From Plasmodiophora brassicae (taxonomy: Eukaryota), in the NCBI GenBank assembly GCA_036867785.1, contig CP145411.1:1674001-1738000 (forward strand): DNA of 64,000 bases, written 5' to 3'. Made by a program: the position numbers and the translations under genes. Position 1 is the first letter of the stretch; each line of letters begins with the position of its first letter. The notes below the pieces were generated by a model. The model was not told the origin of the DNA. It saw nothing but the letters and a program-made list of their open reading frames with translations, and did no database searches. This document shows positions 36,199 through 50,900 of this stretch, in pieces.

Positions 36199-39048
36199 AT
36201 GCTGGTCAGCATTGCGCTCCTGCTCGCCTGCATTGCCAGCGCCGACGCGGCGCCTGGGCATCGACGCGCCGCGCCAACGAGGTTCGTGGTCGTTGGTCTC
36301 GGTTGACACGGGCGGCCGGCGCTGACGCGCGTTCGTTTCCAGGGGCGGTGACCCGTCGGTGCCCGCGTCGCCGTCGCCGCAGATCCGCGACGCCGTCGTG
36401 CTGCTGGAGCAGGCGCGGGTCGCGCTGTGCGAAGCGGAACGGAAGGGCGGCGGGTACGCTGCCGCGAAGGCGTTGTCGTCGTCGCGCGCATCCCGGTCGA
36501 AGCAACAGCCGGCGCCCGCTGCTCAGGGGCGTTCCATGGCGGACCTCGTCGCCAACGCCAGGGCCGGCCTGCACAAGCGCGAACCTGTGATCCATCTCGA
36601 CACCATCGCGTCCATCGTGCAGATCGCGCTCGTCCTCAAGAAGTTCACGAACCAGACCGTGCCTCAGGTCGACGTCATCCTCGAAACGTACGGGCACCGA
36701 ATCGCGGACGCCACGCAGCTCGACGAGTACAGGTCGGTCGCTCTGGCCACGACGCACAACGTCATCCGCGGCGCGACCGGAACGGCGATGCAGGTCGCCG
36801 CACGCGATCGCGATGCCAACTTCAACGATTCGATCGCGTTGCGGTTCTGGCGGGACGCCGATGTGACGCCCCAGGACGTCATGTCGGCCGCCGGCGAGCT
36901 GGTCGACCAGGTCGCCCTGGACCGGGACGTGGTTGAGGCGGCCCTCGCCCGGAACGCCCAGCTGGAGCGCATGCTGTCCGCGTACGTCGCCTACTGTGAC
37001 AAGGTCGTCGACCTGCTCGTCCCCGCGGCCGTCGCCGCCAAAGGCGATGACCCCTTCTGTGCGGCCCTGTTCGAGCACACGACGACGAAAGTGGTTCGCG
37101 AAATGAGGACAGTCGCCATCAAATGCCAGGAAGGCATGCGACAGATGGACGGCCGTCTGGCCCACGTGCTCGGGCGGCTGGAGCAGGCCGTCGGCCTCGC
37201 CAGGCAGGTCGGCGACCTCATGAAGCAGGTCGGCGCGCCGGACCCTTTCGCCGACGACGAGTCGACCACCGCGGCGCCGAGCAAGCCAAAGGCGAACAAG
37301 AAGAAGAAGAAGAAAAGCAAGAAGGCGGCAGGCAGCCCTGTACAGGCCGTCGACGAGACGCCAGACGTCACTGCCGACGCTCAGCACTACGACGCGCCGC
37401 CCGAAGTCGTCAACGACGCCGTTCTGGAGATGTCCCGTGCTGACGACGCAGAGCTGGACACGTCCGGGCCCGGCTGGGAAACGTATGCGTCGAGACGACG
37501 GGACCGGGCGACGACGCCCGCCTTCCCCGCCCATGGCTTCCCCTCGCTGGGACGCTCGTCGCCGATCGCCAACGCTGACCGCACGAGGAGACCGCGACGG
37601 AAGGCGCCGTCGCGGGCGCCCAGTACTGTTCCTCGTGATGATGGCGCGATTACGCTCGTTGGGGCCGGGCCACACGACGCCGCCCTCCCCGGGCGACCCG
37701 GCAACGTGTCGTCGTATGCGGCGTCCGCCTGGATGGCGTTGTCGCAGCAGCGACGTGCCCTGCGAACGTCCCCAGAGTACGATGCGGCGTTCCCGCCCCT
37801 GTCAGGCGGCGCCCTACCGCCGGACAGTGGCCTCGAGGACGACAGCCTGCCGCCATGCGTCCCCGCCTCTAGCGCTGACCCGCGTCCACCCGTTCCCTCG
37901 CCTGACCGATTCCTCGAGGCACCAGAAGGAGCGCTCAAGCGGCGATGGTCGCTGGGTGCCGACTTCAGGCCGTACCCAGCTGGCGCACCTGAGGACGTTG
38001 CCGGCAGGCTTAACGTGGACCTGGCCCATTTCATGCAGACTGCCATGCGGGCACGACAGGACGATGATGGGCACTATGACCTCGCGTACGACGTCGTGCG
38101 CGACGCGGTCGCCCAACTGTTCCCGAGCGCCGCGATCGCCATGGCCGGATCGGTGGCGTACGACCTCCACATGCCCTCGCCGATCAGCGACCTGGACCTG
38201 GTCGTCCGCCATCCCAACGTGTCGGCATCGGACGGCCTGCAGATCCTGTTTCACCGCATACGTTGCGATCGCCGGCTGACGTCGGTGAAGTACATATCGA
38301 CGGCGTCAACGCCCATCATCAAGGCGACCGTGGCGGACTCATCGGTGGCCGTCGACATCACGTGGAACGTCGCCAACGTGGACGAATCGCGGGTCCTGGT
38401 TGGAGCGGCCATGCAGTCGTTCCCGTTGTTCCCCCTGATCACCATGTACATGAAGTACTACCTGTACATGCACGGGCTCGGCACGCCATTCTACGGCGGC
38501 CTGGGGTCTTTCCAGCTCTACCTGCTCGTCATCTTCCACCTGCAGGTACCACCGTGCGTGTCTGTCTGTGTGTGGGAATGATGACCTGATCGTTGATCAC
38601 GCCTAGGCGAACGCCGCCTGCTGTACCGTGTCGGCTGGCACCTGCCTACGAGCCTTCTTCCAGTACTACGGGTCCACGTTCCCTGTCGACAGCCACTGCG
38701 TGTCGGTGTTCGCAGACGGGCGCCCGACGCCCAAGGTGATGGTACTCCGCCTGAACCGTCGCCTACGAACGCGAACGTATGTGGCTGACGTAACGTGCGC
38801 CTCAGGGCCGGGATCGTGCGCATCAGGGACTGACCATGGGCGGCACGGCACATCGGCTGTGCATCGAGAGCCCGTTCGACCCGGTCATCGACGTCGGCCG
38901 GTCGGCGTACAACTTTGCCGCCATTCGCCAGCACCTGCAGGCGACGTACAGCCAGCTGCAGGACGAGCCGTGGACGACGTCGCTCGTCGGGCTGACCCCG
39001 GCCGAACCCGTCCAGCCGTCCGTTGCATTGCCGCGCGTGTCGCCGTAA
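36199..39048 (+). CDS. Secreted Trf4/TENT4-like terminal nucleotidyltransferase, array copy 8
   Basis: Signal exon MLVSIALLLACIASADA; KKKKKKSKK; GSVAYDLHMPSPISDLD, AVDITWN; final exon LCIESPFDPVIDVGRS. Confidence 0.9.
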
Positions 39049-39227
39049 TACAGGCCGTCCGCTGTTCCCCCACGATATTAGCGCGCGCGCGCGCCGTGCA
39101 GTCCCGCGGAGTGCGGGCGCGCACGCTCCGCATTTTTCGCGGGTGAGATATAAATAGCGGGGATCCTGTCGAGCGGCTCACGGGGGCCGGTCCAAGTCCA
39201 CACCAGGTGAGCGACCGGTCCAGACCA

Positions 39228-40388
39228 ATGCCGCGTGCACCGGCGTCCGCCGTCATCCTTGTCATCGTCGCCGCCCTTGTCTGCGTCGTCCACGGCGGCG
39301 CCGGGCAAAGCCGCCCGCCTGGCAGGCGCGGGTTCGTTCGACAGCGATGTACCGATGGCGTGCCGGCTTCCTGACACGCGCCTCATGTTGCAGGGACGAC
39401 CCGCGGTGGCCGTCGTCGTCGCCGCCTGACGTGACGCACGACACGCGGGACGAGGAGCTGGCGCGCGCCCTGTTCGACTTCGTCGCCGTTGCTGAACACG
39501 ATCGGCACGCCGACGACACGTTCTACCTCATCGGCTACAGGGCCGTTGTGCCCGTCGTACGGCAACTGTTCGGCTGGCAACGGACGGTCACGATCGCCGG
39601 ATCCGTCGCGGTCGGCCTGCATTTACGCGCCCCGATCAGCGACCTGGATTTGGTGGTTCGCCACCCGACAATGGACGCATCCGAGGGCCTGCGACGTCTA
39701 TCTGACAGCATGCGCGGCAACCCAGCGTTCTCGTCGGTGACGTTCTTTCCGGTGGCGTCGACGCCGATCGTCAAGGCGACCTTGGCGGATTCCAGCCTGA
39801 CCATCGACATCGTCTGGAACGTCGCCAACGTGGACGAGTCGTTGAGCCTCGTCCGGGACGCCCTGACCACTTTCCCGCTGTTCAAGCCCATCGTACTGTA
39901 CATGAAGCACTACCTGTACGTGCACGATCTGGGCCATCCCTACCGCGGCGGCCTCGGGTCGTTCCCGCTCTACCTGCTCGTCATCTTCCACCTGCAGGTC
40001 GGCCATTGCTTGAACCGTCGTCGTCCACCGCTGATTCTGCTTAGGTCAATGCCGCCTTGTGTGCCGTGTCCGCTGGCGCCTGCCTACGAGCGTTCTTCGG
40101 CTACTACGGGTCGGCGTTCCCAGCCGACGACTACTGCGTCTCGGTGCAGACGAACGGGTACCTAGTGCCCAGGGTAGGTGCTCTGCGCGCGCACGCGCCC
40201 GTTAATGGAACAGACAGGGATAACTGGGTGCCTTGGGTCAGGCGGGGCGGCCCGCCCAACAAGAACGACGGCCACTGTGCATCGTCAGCCCGTTCGACGC
40301 GCGCGTCGACGTTGGACGATCGGCGTTCAACTTCGGCGACGTTCGGCGGCAGCTGTACGCGACGTACCTGTCGATGGCGAGCATCTGA
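39228..40388 (+). CDS. Short secreted nucleotidyltransferase (signal peptide plus catalytic module only), array copy 9
   Basis: Signal exon MPRAPASAVILVIVAALVCVVHG. Phase-2 intron 39332-39393 splices in frame to DDPRWPSSSPP...DEELARALFDF...GSVAVGLHLRAPISDLD, TIDIVWN. Stop at 40386-40388. Confidence 0.85.
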
Positions 40389-40565
40389 TCCGCACATGTT
40401 CATGGCACCAGCAACCGTTGTTAAATGAATCCGGGCCCCGCTGGTGGATCTCCGGCCACGTTGTCCCACGACGGACGCCAACCTTGTTCAGTCGGTCGTT
40501 GCGGCCGCTCGGCAGGGTTCCTCGTTCGGCGAATTGCCAGGTGGTTCCGTCTCGAGACGCTAACT

Positions 40566-43523
40566 TTATTGTCGGGTGCACGCCGGGCTCTGCAATATCA
40601 TCGCAGGGTTAACGGGTTCGTCGGGCGTCAGGTCGGAGAGCGACGTTTTCCACGAATCGGACAGGATCCGGTACGTCCAGGACAGCTGCTGGCGAATGGC
40701 GTCGAAGTTGAACGCCGACCGCCCAACGTCAACGGCGGCATCGAACGGGCTCTCGATGCACAATCGGGCAGCAGCATCCGCCGACCCTGGAATATGGGTG
40801 GTGCGCTCCGTCTGCGAATGCCAAACAACGCGTCAGCAGCGGCGATAGCCCGTTGCAGTAGTGCCTGTCACCTTGAGCAGCGGGCGCCCGTTCGTGTGCA
40901 CCGATACGCAATGTCGATCGACTTGGAACGCGCGCCCGTAGAATTCGAAGAACGCTCGAAGGCAGGCGCCAGCCGATCCCGTTCGCGACGCTGCGTGGGC
41001 CTGGCCAGGGCACAAACATCAGTGGCATCCGGCAGAGCGTGTTGCACACACGACCCCGTTCGGTACCTGTAGATGAAAGGCGACGAGGAGGTAGAGCTGG
41101 AACGACCCCAGGCCGCCGTAGTATGGCGTGCTGAGCCCGTGCATGTACAGGTAGTGCTTCATGTACAACGCGATGGGCTTGAATAGGCGGAACGACTCCA
41201 TGACACCCTGGATGAACAGCCGCGTGCGCTCGAGGTTGCCCACGTTCCAGGCGATGTCGACGTTCAGCCTGGAGTTCGCGACGGTCGCCTTGATGATGGG
41301 CGTCGACGCTGCCGGCAGGTACTCGACCGACGAGAACGTGGCATTGCCGGATATGGTGAGGAACAGGCGCAGCAACCCGTTGGATGGATCGGGCGCCGGG
41401 TGCTGGACCACCAAATCGAGGTCGCTGACTGGCGACGGCAAGTGCAGGCCGAATGCAACGGACCCGGCCACCTTGACGGTCGCACCCGGGAACAGGTCGC
41501 GTACCGCTTGATGGACGGCCTGGTAGGCTCGAAGATGATTCATGTTATCGCGCCGGCGATGCTCCTCGACCGAGGCGACGAACTCGTGCAGGTCGTGTGT
41601 CAGCTGGGCGTCCTGCACCCCGACCATTGACAGCAGCGCAGGGCGACGGGCGATCGCGGGCGACGCACGATGAACGGGGGGTCGTCGCCTTGGAACGAAA
41701 TCGGAGAGGCGCACGACGCCAACCACCCCACGCGAACGGTTAGCCGGATATGGTGGCGACCCCGACGACGACGACGACTGGGTAACGTCACCCGGGCTGG
41801 ACCCAGACGACGAAACTGACGTTGTTCGCAACGGGGCGCCGTTCGCGTCGGCATGACGTACTGGGCGGACGGCGCTGACGTTTCCAGGCTGGGTGCCGTT
41901 GGCGGTTAACAACGAAGTGCTGGAGTTGCAGGCGCTGGTCGATGATGATGACAGGGGCGCGGTTGTCGTGTCTGGCGGCAGACGGGTTTCGAGTTCGCTG
42001 TCGTCCATCGCGGTATGGTTATCAGCGACATGGGCTTGGGGCGACGACCCAGCAGCCGCTGGAATGAGATCGGTCGGCTCACACGACGAGGCACCCGCCG
42101 ACATGGTTTGGCTGCGCCTCTTCTTCTTGTTCTTCTTCTTCTTCTTGCTTCCTGCTGCTGATGAAGAAGGCGCGCTCGGTGATACGTCGGCGCCGGCGGC
42201 GGTGGCCGTGTTCTCGTCAGCAACATCAGCAGGATGTAGAAACTGTGGCGTTGCGAGCCACGACGCATTGCTCGCTTCTTCAATTGCAGTATCTGGACAG
42301 CAGCAGGGCCCGTCTTCGGTCGTTGCCTCGCGGTCCTGGAGAGCCTCAGCGACCTCACTGCAGGGGATCGACCTGGTCTCGTCCGTCATCGACTGTTTGT
42401 CCTGTCGGCTCTGCTTCTTCCTCTTCCTCTTGGACTTCCTCTTGTCAGGAGCGGAGAGCGCTACCGGCTCTTCCACGGGCGGAGGAGGAGGACATGTCAT
42501 CAGGTCCATCATGTGGACGATCCGGTCGACAGCGGTGAACGTGTGCCGCAGGCGCTCGGCAGGGACATCGAGACAAGTGTAGATGGCCCGCTGCGTACCG
42601 TCAGCGAAGTAGGCAACGCGCTCCTTCTCTTCGTAGACGAGCCCGGCAGCATGGACCAACTCCTCAAAGTCCATCGTCGACTTAGGCGGATCGTCACGCG
42701 TGCCCTTAGCCGCGTTGACGATCGCCCTGCTGAGCTCGTCCGACGTCACGTCGCAAACCTCGACGAACGCGTCGAGTGCTTGCTTCAGGAGGACGTTCCG
42801 CTGCCGATTAGCGTCAATGACGCGGTTGAGAATGTCTGCCTGGTCTCGTATCTGGGCAGCAGCCGACACGATCTCCTCCGGCGTGACACCGGCCTGATCC
42901 CAGAAGCGCAACGCGGGCAACCCTTCGAGTTTCGCATCGCGATCGACCATAACGGCGCTGACGTCGGTCGCCAAGAAGTCCAGTAGAGCATGCGACGCGT
43001 TCACCGCTTTTCGGCGCGCCAGTACGATGCCGAACAGGTCGTCCAATAGAGCCGCGTGGTCTTCGACGATGTGGAAGATCCTGTTGGACGTCCGCAATGA
43101 CCGTTCCAGGTTTAGGGCAATGTCGACGCAGGTCTGGACGTGGATGCCCTCGAAGCCCTCGATGCGATCGTACTGGTGGGCGTTCGCCACTAGCGTAGAT
43201 ACTGGGCGGTGTGGCGGCGCCGGGCCCTTCTGGGCGGATCTGGTCTGCTTGCGATCGTTGCCACGCCACTCCTGATCGACAATGCACCATTCCACTTCGC
43301 ATAACGTGACGCGCGCCTGCTCCAATAGCACAATGGCGTCTTGAATTGCAGGCGATGACGGCAACGGGAGCGATGAAGCTGGCCGGGTATGGCGGCTGTG
43401 TCGGGCCGGAGACCGACCGAGCGACACCGGAGTCGCCGTCGTGCGCTTCGCAGGACGCGGCTTCGCCCCGTGGACAACGGCGACAACCAGGGCGATGACG
43501 AGCAGCAGGGCGCCCGGGGGCAT
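40566..43523 (-). CDS. Secreted Trf4/TENT4-like terminal nucleotidyltransferase, array copy 10
   Basis: Signal peptide MPPGALLLVIALVVAVVHG; two basic clusters; GSVAFGLHLPSPVSDLD, NVDIAWN; final exon LCIESPFDAAVDVGRS. Confidence 0.9.
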
Positions 43524-43752
43524 GTCGCCGCGCGGCAGCTGCAGGCCGCTGGCCGACGCAGGGCACTGGGCTTTACGCGCCGCGCTATTCATAGTACGGA
43601 GATGAAATGACCCGGGTCGGAGCCCGCCCGGTCCGCACTCGATGGGTATACGCGGATTACGTACCTAACTGGGGCGGGGGGCACAGCCACGCGAGGGCGG
43701 CCCTGCCCACCTCGCCGGGCCGCGGACGACAGGGCTGGCCATGTTCGCTTTA

Positions 43753-46700
43753 TCATGTGTACAATGTCGCGAATGGGTCTACGGGTTCTCGAGGCGTTAG
43801 GTCGGGCAATGCGAACTCCCACGATCTCCTGTACGTCCAATAGAAATGCTGCCGAATGACAGCGAAGTTGTACGCCGAACGCCCGACGTCAACAGCCGAA
43901 TCGAACGGGCTCTGAATGCACAAGCACGCGACGTCCACCGGCCCGTGGTAAACGGCCTGGCCAGACGCGGTCAGCCAGCTGCCCAACCGGGTGTTTGCAA
44001 ACAACAACCATCACCAACCTTGAGAAGCGGGCGGCCGTCGGTGGTCACCGAGACGCAGTACTGCTCGACCGGGAACGACGACCCGTAGAACTCGAAGAAC
44101 GCTCGAAGGCAGGCGCCGGCAGAACCGGCACAGATCGCCGCGTTCGTCTTTGATCATGCACATTCAGTCAAGACGCGGCGGGGGACGGCGTCGCACACGA
44201 CGGTACCTGAAGATGGAAGATGACGAGAAGATAGAGCTGGAACGACCCGAGCCCGCCATAGTAGGGACTGCCGAGGCCATGCATGTACAGGTAGTATTTC
44301 ACGTACATGGTGATGGGCCGGAACAACGGGAACGCGTCCATCGCCTCCAGGACGAGGTTCCGCGCATCGTCCACATTCGCGACGTTCCATGTAATGTCGA
44401 CTTTCACGTGTGAATCCGCAACCGTGGCCTTGATAATGGGCGTCGACGCCGTCGAAATGTACTTCACCGACGAGAAGGTCGGGTTGTGCCGAACGCTGAG
44501 AAACAATTGTAGAAGCCCATCGGATGCATCCAGTGTTGGATGGAGGATCACCAAGTCCAGGTCGCTGATCGGTGCGGGTAAATGCAGGTCGTACGCAAAC
44601 GAGCCGGTCACTTTGACAATGGCATCAGGAAATCGAGCGTGAACGGCGCGTTCAACCGTATGGAGATCTTGGCGGTAACGGGCGTCATTCCGTTGACGGC
44701 CTGCCTCAAACACGGTCAGGAAATCGCCCAAGTCGTACGTCAGCTGGGCGTCCGGGGACTCGTAGAACGACGAAATGCCCATAGCAGGACTGATCTCGGA
44801 ATCCAACGACCAGCTTGGTTGGAACGACTGCGGATGTGGCATGTCAACGTCGTTCTTGGAATCGATAACAGGCGAAGCAGGATCCTGGTAATAGAACAAA
44901 GGCGATAGATGAGAGTCATCATAGTCGGAGACGCTGCCAGACGTAAAGGTGGCGGTGCTGCCCGTTGGAGAAGGCGTCGGAGGCAATTCCAAGGAGACAC
45001 CGACGTCGTTGACGCTTGGAGAAAGTAACAACGAGTCATCGACGCGGCTGTCAACGTTTGACGACGTCGGAGGCGTTATCGGCAGGGCGTCCATATCGCT
45101 GACATCTCCAAAGGTATTGGCCGTGTTTGCAGGAGGAGGTGTCAACGGAGTTGGCAACGACATATCGATTGCGCTGACGCGTGCAGCGATGACGTCGACC
45201 GGAGGCGTACAGGAGATGGAGACACGGCGGTCCTGTCGTCTCGAAAGCGTGCCACGCTCACCCGACCTTGGCTTGGGCTTCTTCGTCGTCTTCGCTGCCC
45301 TGATCTCGTCGGTTGTGACGGATACTGGCACGTTCGAAGGGGTGACAGGGTTGCAGACGCTCGTCTCGGTAACAACTGAGCCCGCATCGTTGACAGCGGA
45401 CGGACAACACGGCAACGACGGGAGATCGTCCTCAGTGGCATCGCGACGCACTGGGTCAAACGATGTAGAACACGTCGGCATTGCGTCACCCTCCCGAAGA
45501 GATATCATCGGTGGTCTATCGGACCCGGCCTCAGTGTCGGCATTACTGCCATCGTCGACATCGCCAGTAGGTTTCTGAATTCGAGCCGACCCAACGACTG
45601 ACGGGAAAGCATCGCTGTCGTTGGCACGGCAGCCTGATTCCTCGACGTTGGATGCCGGCAAGCCGCGCGCTTTCGTTTTCTTCTTCTTCGTCGCCTTCTT
45701 CTTGTTCGGGGCAGGAATCACAGGGTCCTCAAACGGCGGGTCAGGGGCGACGACCAGATTCATCATGTACTCGACATGGTCGACAAGGGTCCGCGCGTTC
45801 TGCAAGTGGACATCAGCGCGATCAAGGCCGCTGTTCGCCGTGTGCAGGTTCCAAACGCGTCCGATGATGGCGTCCTTCATATCAGCAGCCAACCGTGCCG
45901 CATCCGTCAGGTGTTCGTACACTTGCCCCGCACCGTCCGAATCGGGTAACTGCACAATGGCAGCGACGATCGGCTGTCCGAGCAACTCGGTCACCAGGTC
46001 GCAGTACTCGACGTAGGTCGCGAACAGCGGCTCCAGAAGGACGTTCCGTCGGCGAATTGAATCGACCATGATTCGGTCCAAATCGACCTGCCCCCGAATC
46101 TGCTTCGCGACCGACACGATCTCGTCGTGCGCCACATTCGTCGCATTCCAGAACCGTAACGCCGGGAGGTCTTCAAACTTCGCGTCGCGAACTGAGACGA
46201 CTTGATGAACAGTGTGCTCGACGTATTCAGACAGGTTCAACGACGATGCGACGGCGAGGCGCCAGTTGTCACCGACAACGCCCAGATCAGGGATCATGTG
46301 CCGATAGTCGGCGAGCACGCTGTCAATACGGTAGGCCGTCTGCCGCAAGAAATTCTGGATGGCGACGACCTGGACGCAGGCGAGCATGTGTGACGGTTCG
46401 ATGGCTGCGATGCGATGGAACCGGTCGGCATTGGCCACGAGATGGGCGACCTCGTTGCGGTTCGACGCTCTCTTCGGTGGGGCCGCCGACTTCAACAGGC
46501 GCGATAGTTCCTGCAAGCCAAGCTCCGCCTCCGCTTCGCATAGCGCGACGCGCGCCTTCTCCAGCAACACGATCGCGTCGCGGATGTCGTGCGACGACGA
46601 CAGCGGCAACGACGGGTCAACCCTGAAACGTGCGTCAACCGGACAGGCATGGGTTTCCACAGTGCGAAGCAAACCGATGGGCGCGCTTCCCGGGTCGTCC

Positions 46701-46769
46701 TTTCGCACCATGGACGACGATGCAGCATGCCAGGGCGAGGGCGACGACCAGCCGCATCGCACGCGTCAT
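43753..46769 (-). CDS. Secreted Trf4/TENT4-like terminal nucleotidyltransferase, array copy 11
   Basis: Signal exon MTRAMRLVVALALACCIVVHG; GSFAYDLHLPAPISDLD, KVDITWN; final exon LCIQSPFDSAVDVGRS. Confidence 0.9.
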
Positions 46770-47957
46770 CGGTTCGTCTGCGGACGCTGTCAGTGCGTGG
46801 GATTTCTGGCGATGTTGGCCTCGCAGGACGCCGACAGAGGGCGAGCTATTCATGGCGCCCGCAGATCGCACCCGCGGCGCCGCCACACCGACGGCACGCA
46901 TGGACAGTCGGCCCGCGTCGCCATCGCATCGCGGCGGCAGCACCACTGCGACCTGCAATCCGCAAAAATGGACCTCATTGCTACTTTCGATGGCGCGTTT
47001 TCCGCGGCTCACGGAGGTGCACGGTGCACCATTGAGGGCGCGCCCAGAGACTGCAGTGCGAGCGCCAATGACTGCAACTCGGAGCATGACGCCATGACCT
47101 GAGCGACAAGCTGCTATTTCCGTCGGACCCGCGTCCAGGTCGGAAATGCCGGCCGACAATTCCAGAGGTTGGATTTATCAGGTCATGTGCATCGGGGAGC
47201 GCAGCGTGTGGGATGGGGGCACGGGTGTACCCGGGGTCAGGTTCGACAGCCGGACTCGCAACGAACCGTTCCGTGTCCGGTAGGTCAGGAACAACGGTTG
47301 GCGAAGGGCGCCAAACGTGAACGCCGAACGTACCCGAACTATTTCGCGTCGAGCTTGGTTTCCGCACAGCAATTGACGATTGTCCTGATTCTGTGGACTG
47401 CTTAGCATGGCACTGACCTGCAGCGTCTGTTCGAAAACCTCTCTCAGAGAAGAAGAAGCTGTCATGTCATCTGACGACGCACAGCGGCTGTGGCTCGGTG
47501 CCGTGCCAACCCTGTCCCAGTGTGTTCAAAGACATGGGTAGGCTGCGTCGACATCGTGACCGTGTTCATCTCGAGTTACGAGGCGGGAGTTCTGCTGCTT
47601 GTGATCATGCTTAAACCAATGAATCATCCAAAGCCACACTTGCCTGCCCATTCTGTGATATTGACGGCATCTTCGATTTTCCGCGACTGAATTCGACCCG
47701 CAACCACCTCTACCACCGCGATAATGCGTCCGTACCATGTTCTCATCGGATGGTGGAAGCACTAGCGAACACGGTGTCCTACGCTTTCGCATTGCCAGGG
47801 ACACTGGTGATGCGGTCGTCCGTCCCTTCGGAACCCGCGTTCTCTGAATCTGGACGCTGCGCTCCTGCTAGCCTTGGACATGCCTTCTTAGCCGGGCTCG
47901 GTACGTTAAATTGGATGGTTCCACAGACGTCATGGTGGCAGAGGGGAGCCTGTTTTA

Positions 47958-50900
47958 TCAAGCGGTGGGCCTGGGCGACATTCGCAAAGTTGACGACGGT
48001 GCCACGGGGACACGTGGGGTCAGGTCGCCCAGTCCTGTCACTTCCCACGTGCTCATCAGCTTTTTGAACGTCATGGCCATCTGCTGCCTGATGGCCTCGA
48101 AATTGAATGCCGACCGTCCAACGTCAATGGCCCGGTTGAATGGGTTCTCGATGCATAAGCGCGTGGCGTCCACAGGCCCGTCGTGAATGCGTTCGTCCTG
48201 CACGCGAACCTTCAGCAGGTGGATTGAAACTGCAGGCAACGCAACAGCAAACCTTGTCATAGGGGCGACCGCCCGCAAACACCGAAATGCAATGGCGCTG
48301 GACTTGGAACGTTGACCCGTAGTACCCGAAGAACGTTCGAAGACAGGCGCCAACAGACCGGGCACACAGCACAGCATTGGCCTGAGGACGCAGAATCAGC
48401 GATGAAGCCAATCCACTAGCGCGTACAAGTGTGTGCCATTACCTGTAGATGGAAGATGACGAGAAGGTAGAGCTGGAAGGACCCGAGGCCACCGTAGTAC
48501 GGATTGCCGAACCCGAACATATACAAGTAGTGCTTCATGTACATGGTGATCGGTTTGAACAGCGGAAATACTGTAGTGGCCTGCCGAACGAAGTCCTGCG
48601 CTCTGTCGACATTGTCAACGTTCCATGCAATGTCGATGTTCACCTGGGAGTCGGCGACCGTTGCCTTGATGACCGGCGTCGATGCCCGCGGAAGGTACGT
48701 CACCGACAGGAAGACTGGACTAGCGCGGATGCGATCGTATAGTCGCGACAGCCCGTCAGATGCTTTCACCATTCGGTACTCGATCGCCAAGTCCAGGTCG
48801 CTGACCGGTGCACTCAAATGCAGACCGTACACAAACGACCCGGTGACCCTGACGATGGCGTCCGGGAACAAATGATGGACAGCGTGCCTGATAGCATGGT
48901 AACCTTGCTGACGAGGTGTATCGTCATGACGTCGATCGTGCTCGGCAAACGCCATGAATTCGTTCAGGTGGTCGGTTAGCTTGGCGTCCTGCACATCGAT
49001 GAACGACAGCGCGCGTTGGGGTGGTGCGGTCTGGGAGTCCAGTGACAGCTGCCGCCCAATCGATAACGGAGAACGACTTCTCGTGACCGGGGCCGTATTA
49101 GGTGAATAAGTACCAGGTGAATGAGATCCCCAGTAAACACCGCCATGCATCCTCACTGGAACGTGGATACTGTCGATGACCGGCCTGCGGGACCGAGGAG
49201 CGGTTGGGGAATCTACAGGCGGCTGCCTCGCAATCGATTCCGGGTAATGGATTCTCGTGAACGGGACCGTAGCAGGCGAGCCAGGACTTGCCTGTGAGAA
49301 ATTCAGTGGTACTCGCCCCGGGACGTCATCAATCCGGACGGAACGCCTCGACCGCGAGGCTGTGGATGGCGGCACTGAATCCATGTCTGTGGCGCTGTCT
49401 GACACGTCACCAGCAGTAGGGGTAGCAGGATCCGTTGCTGGCGTCTCCGCTGGAGCATCCGTGTCGGGGGCGCACACAGGGACAACAGCGATTGCTTCGT
49501 GATCCGGAGGCCCGTCGACGGCGCGAAGGTTGCCACGACGGTCAGCAGACGATGACGCGAATGACGAAAGGGAAGAGTTTGACGAAACCGAGGCATCTTC
49601 ATCGCCTGTGTCCATTCGCCTTTCATGTCCGCCGTCGTGCGCTTGACGCTGACTCTTGACGGCGCTCTTCTGTTTCCGCTTCCTCTTGTTCTTCACTGTT
49701 GCCTTGTTTGCCGCGGGTGAAACCTCGTTCAGGGGGAGATCATCAGCAATGGTACAGACGCCATCGCCGTCCTCGTCGATGACTTCAGCGTTGTCCCTGG
49801 CGGCGCTAACCGACGATGATGTAACTAGCGCCCCACAGACTGTGACCGGTGACACAGTACTGTCGTTGATAGCCGGCTTGTCCACAGCTGAGGTCAAACT
49901 TTCCGTTCTGTTTGCTGACCCCTCGGTGGGGATGCTCTTCGCCTTCTTCTTCTTTTTCTTCTTGTTGCTTGGTGCGGACACCTTTCTGCCGATAACGGGT
50001 TGACCAGCAGGAGACGCGACCGTATCGATCAGGCGTATGATCTTGTCGACAGTTTCCTGTGTCTGTTGCAAACGATCCGAGGAGCGTTGGACGCAAACCT
50101 TATGCAACTTGTCCAGCTCGTAACGAAAACCAGCTATGAGATCCTTGATGCCGTCAGCAATTCCAGTCGCGAGCATCAACTCTCCGGACGCCTCCAGTGT
50201 TGTCGAACACTCGGTCAGGTTTTGACCCTGCAGAAACGTGACGACAATCGGCTTGCTGAGCACGTCGGAGACCAACTCACAGTGCGCGGTATACCCAGCG
50301 AGAACGTCCTCGAATCGAGCATTCTGCTGGCGGAAGATGTTGTTGGACTCCATGTCGTTCTTCACCTGCTCGCGTATATCCACTGCAGCCGCCACGATCT
50401 CCTCTGGTGCCACATTGTTCGAATTCCAGAACCGCAATTCGGGCAGGTCTAGAAAATTGTCATCACGAACGATGGTCACGTTTGCGACCGATTCTCGCAG
50501 GCCTCTCTGTAGTTCGACTGCAGCCCCAGCTGCCCTCCGACGACTGTCTCCGATCCGATCCACGTCTGGGACAAACTCTAGATAGGACGCCATGACGGCC
50601 GACATGTGTCTGGTGGCCTTTTCGAAATGCTTCAGGGCCCCGGCCACACGGACGGCGTGGGTGACGAAGATGGGCTTCAGGCTGGCGACTCGGTTGTGCC
50701 TTCGGGACTCGGTCTTCGCCGACAGCGACAGCTCCTGCTCCGCTTCGCATAACGTAACCCGTGCCTGCTCCAGCAGCACGATTGCGTCGCGGATCTCGGC
50801 ACGCGTTGCCGACGGCAACAATGCACCCGAGCTGAGACTAGAGTCATTTGAATGCGGAAGACGGCTCATGGAGCGACTAACCGATCATGCGCTCGGTTCA

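Noticed and set aside
47100-47900. Short ORFs between copies 11 and 12
   Set aside because: No family motifs or homology recognisable by eye.
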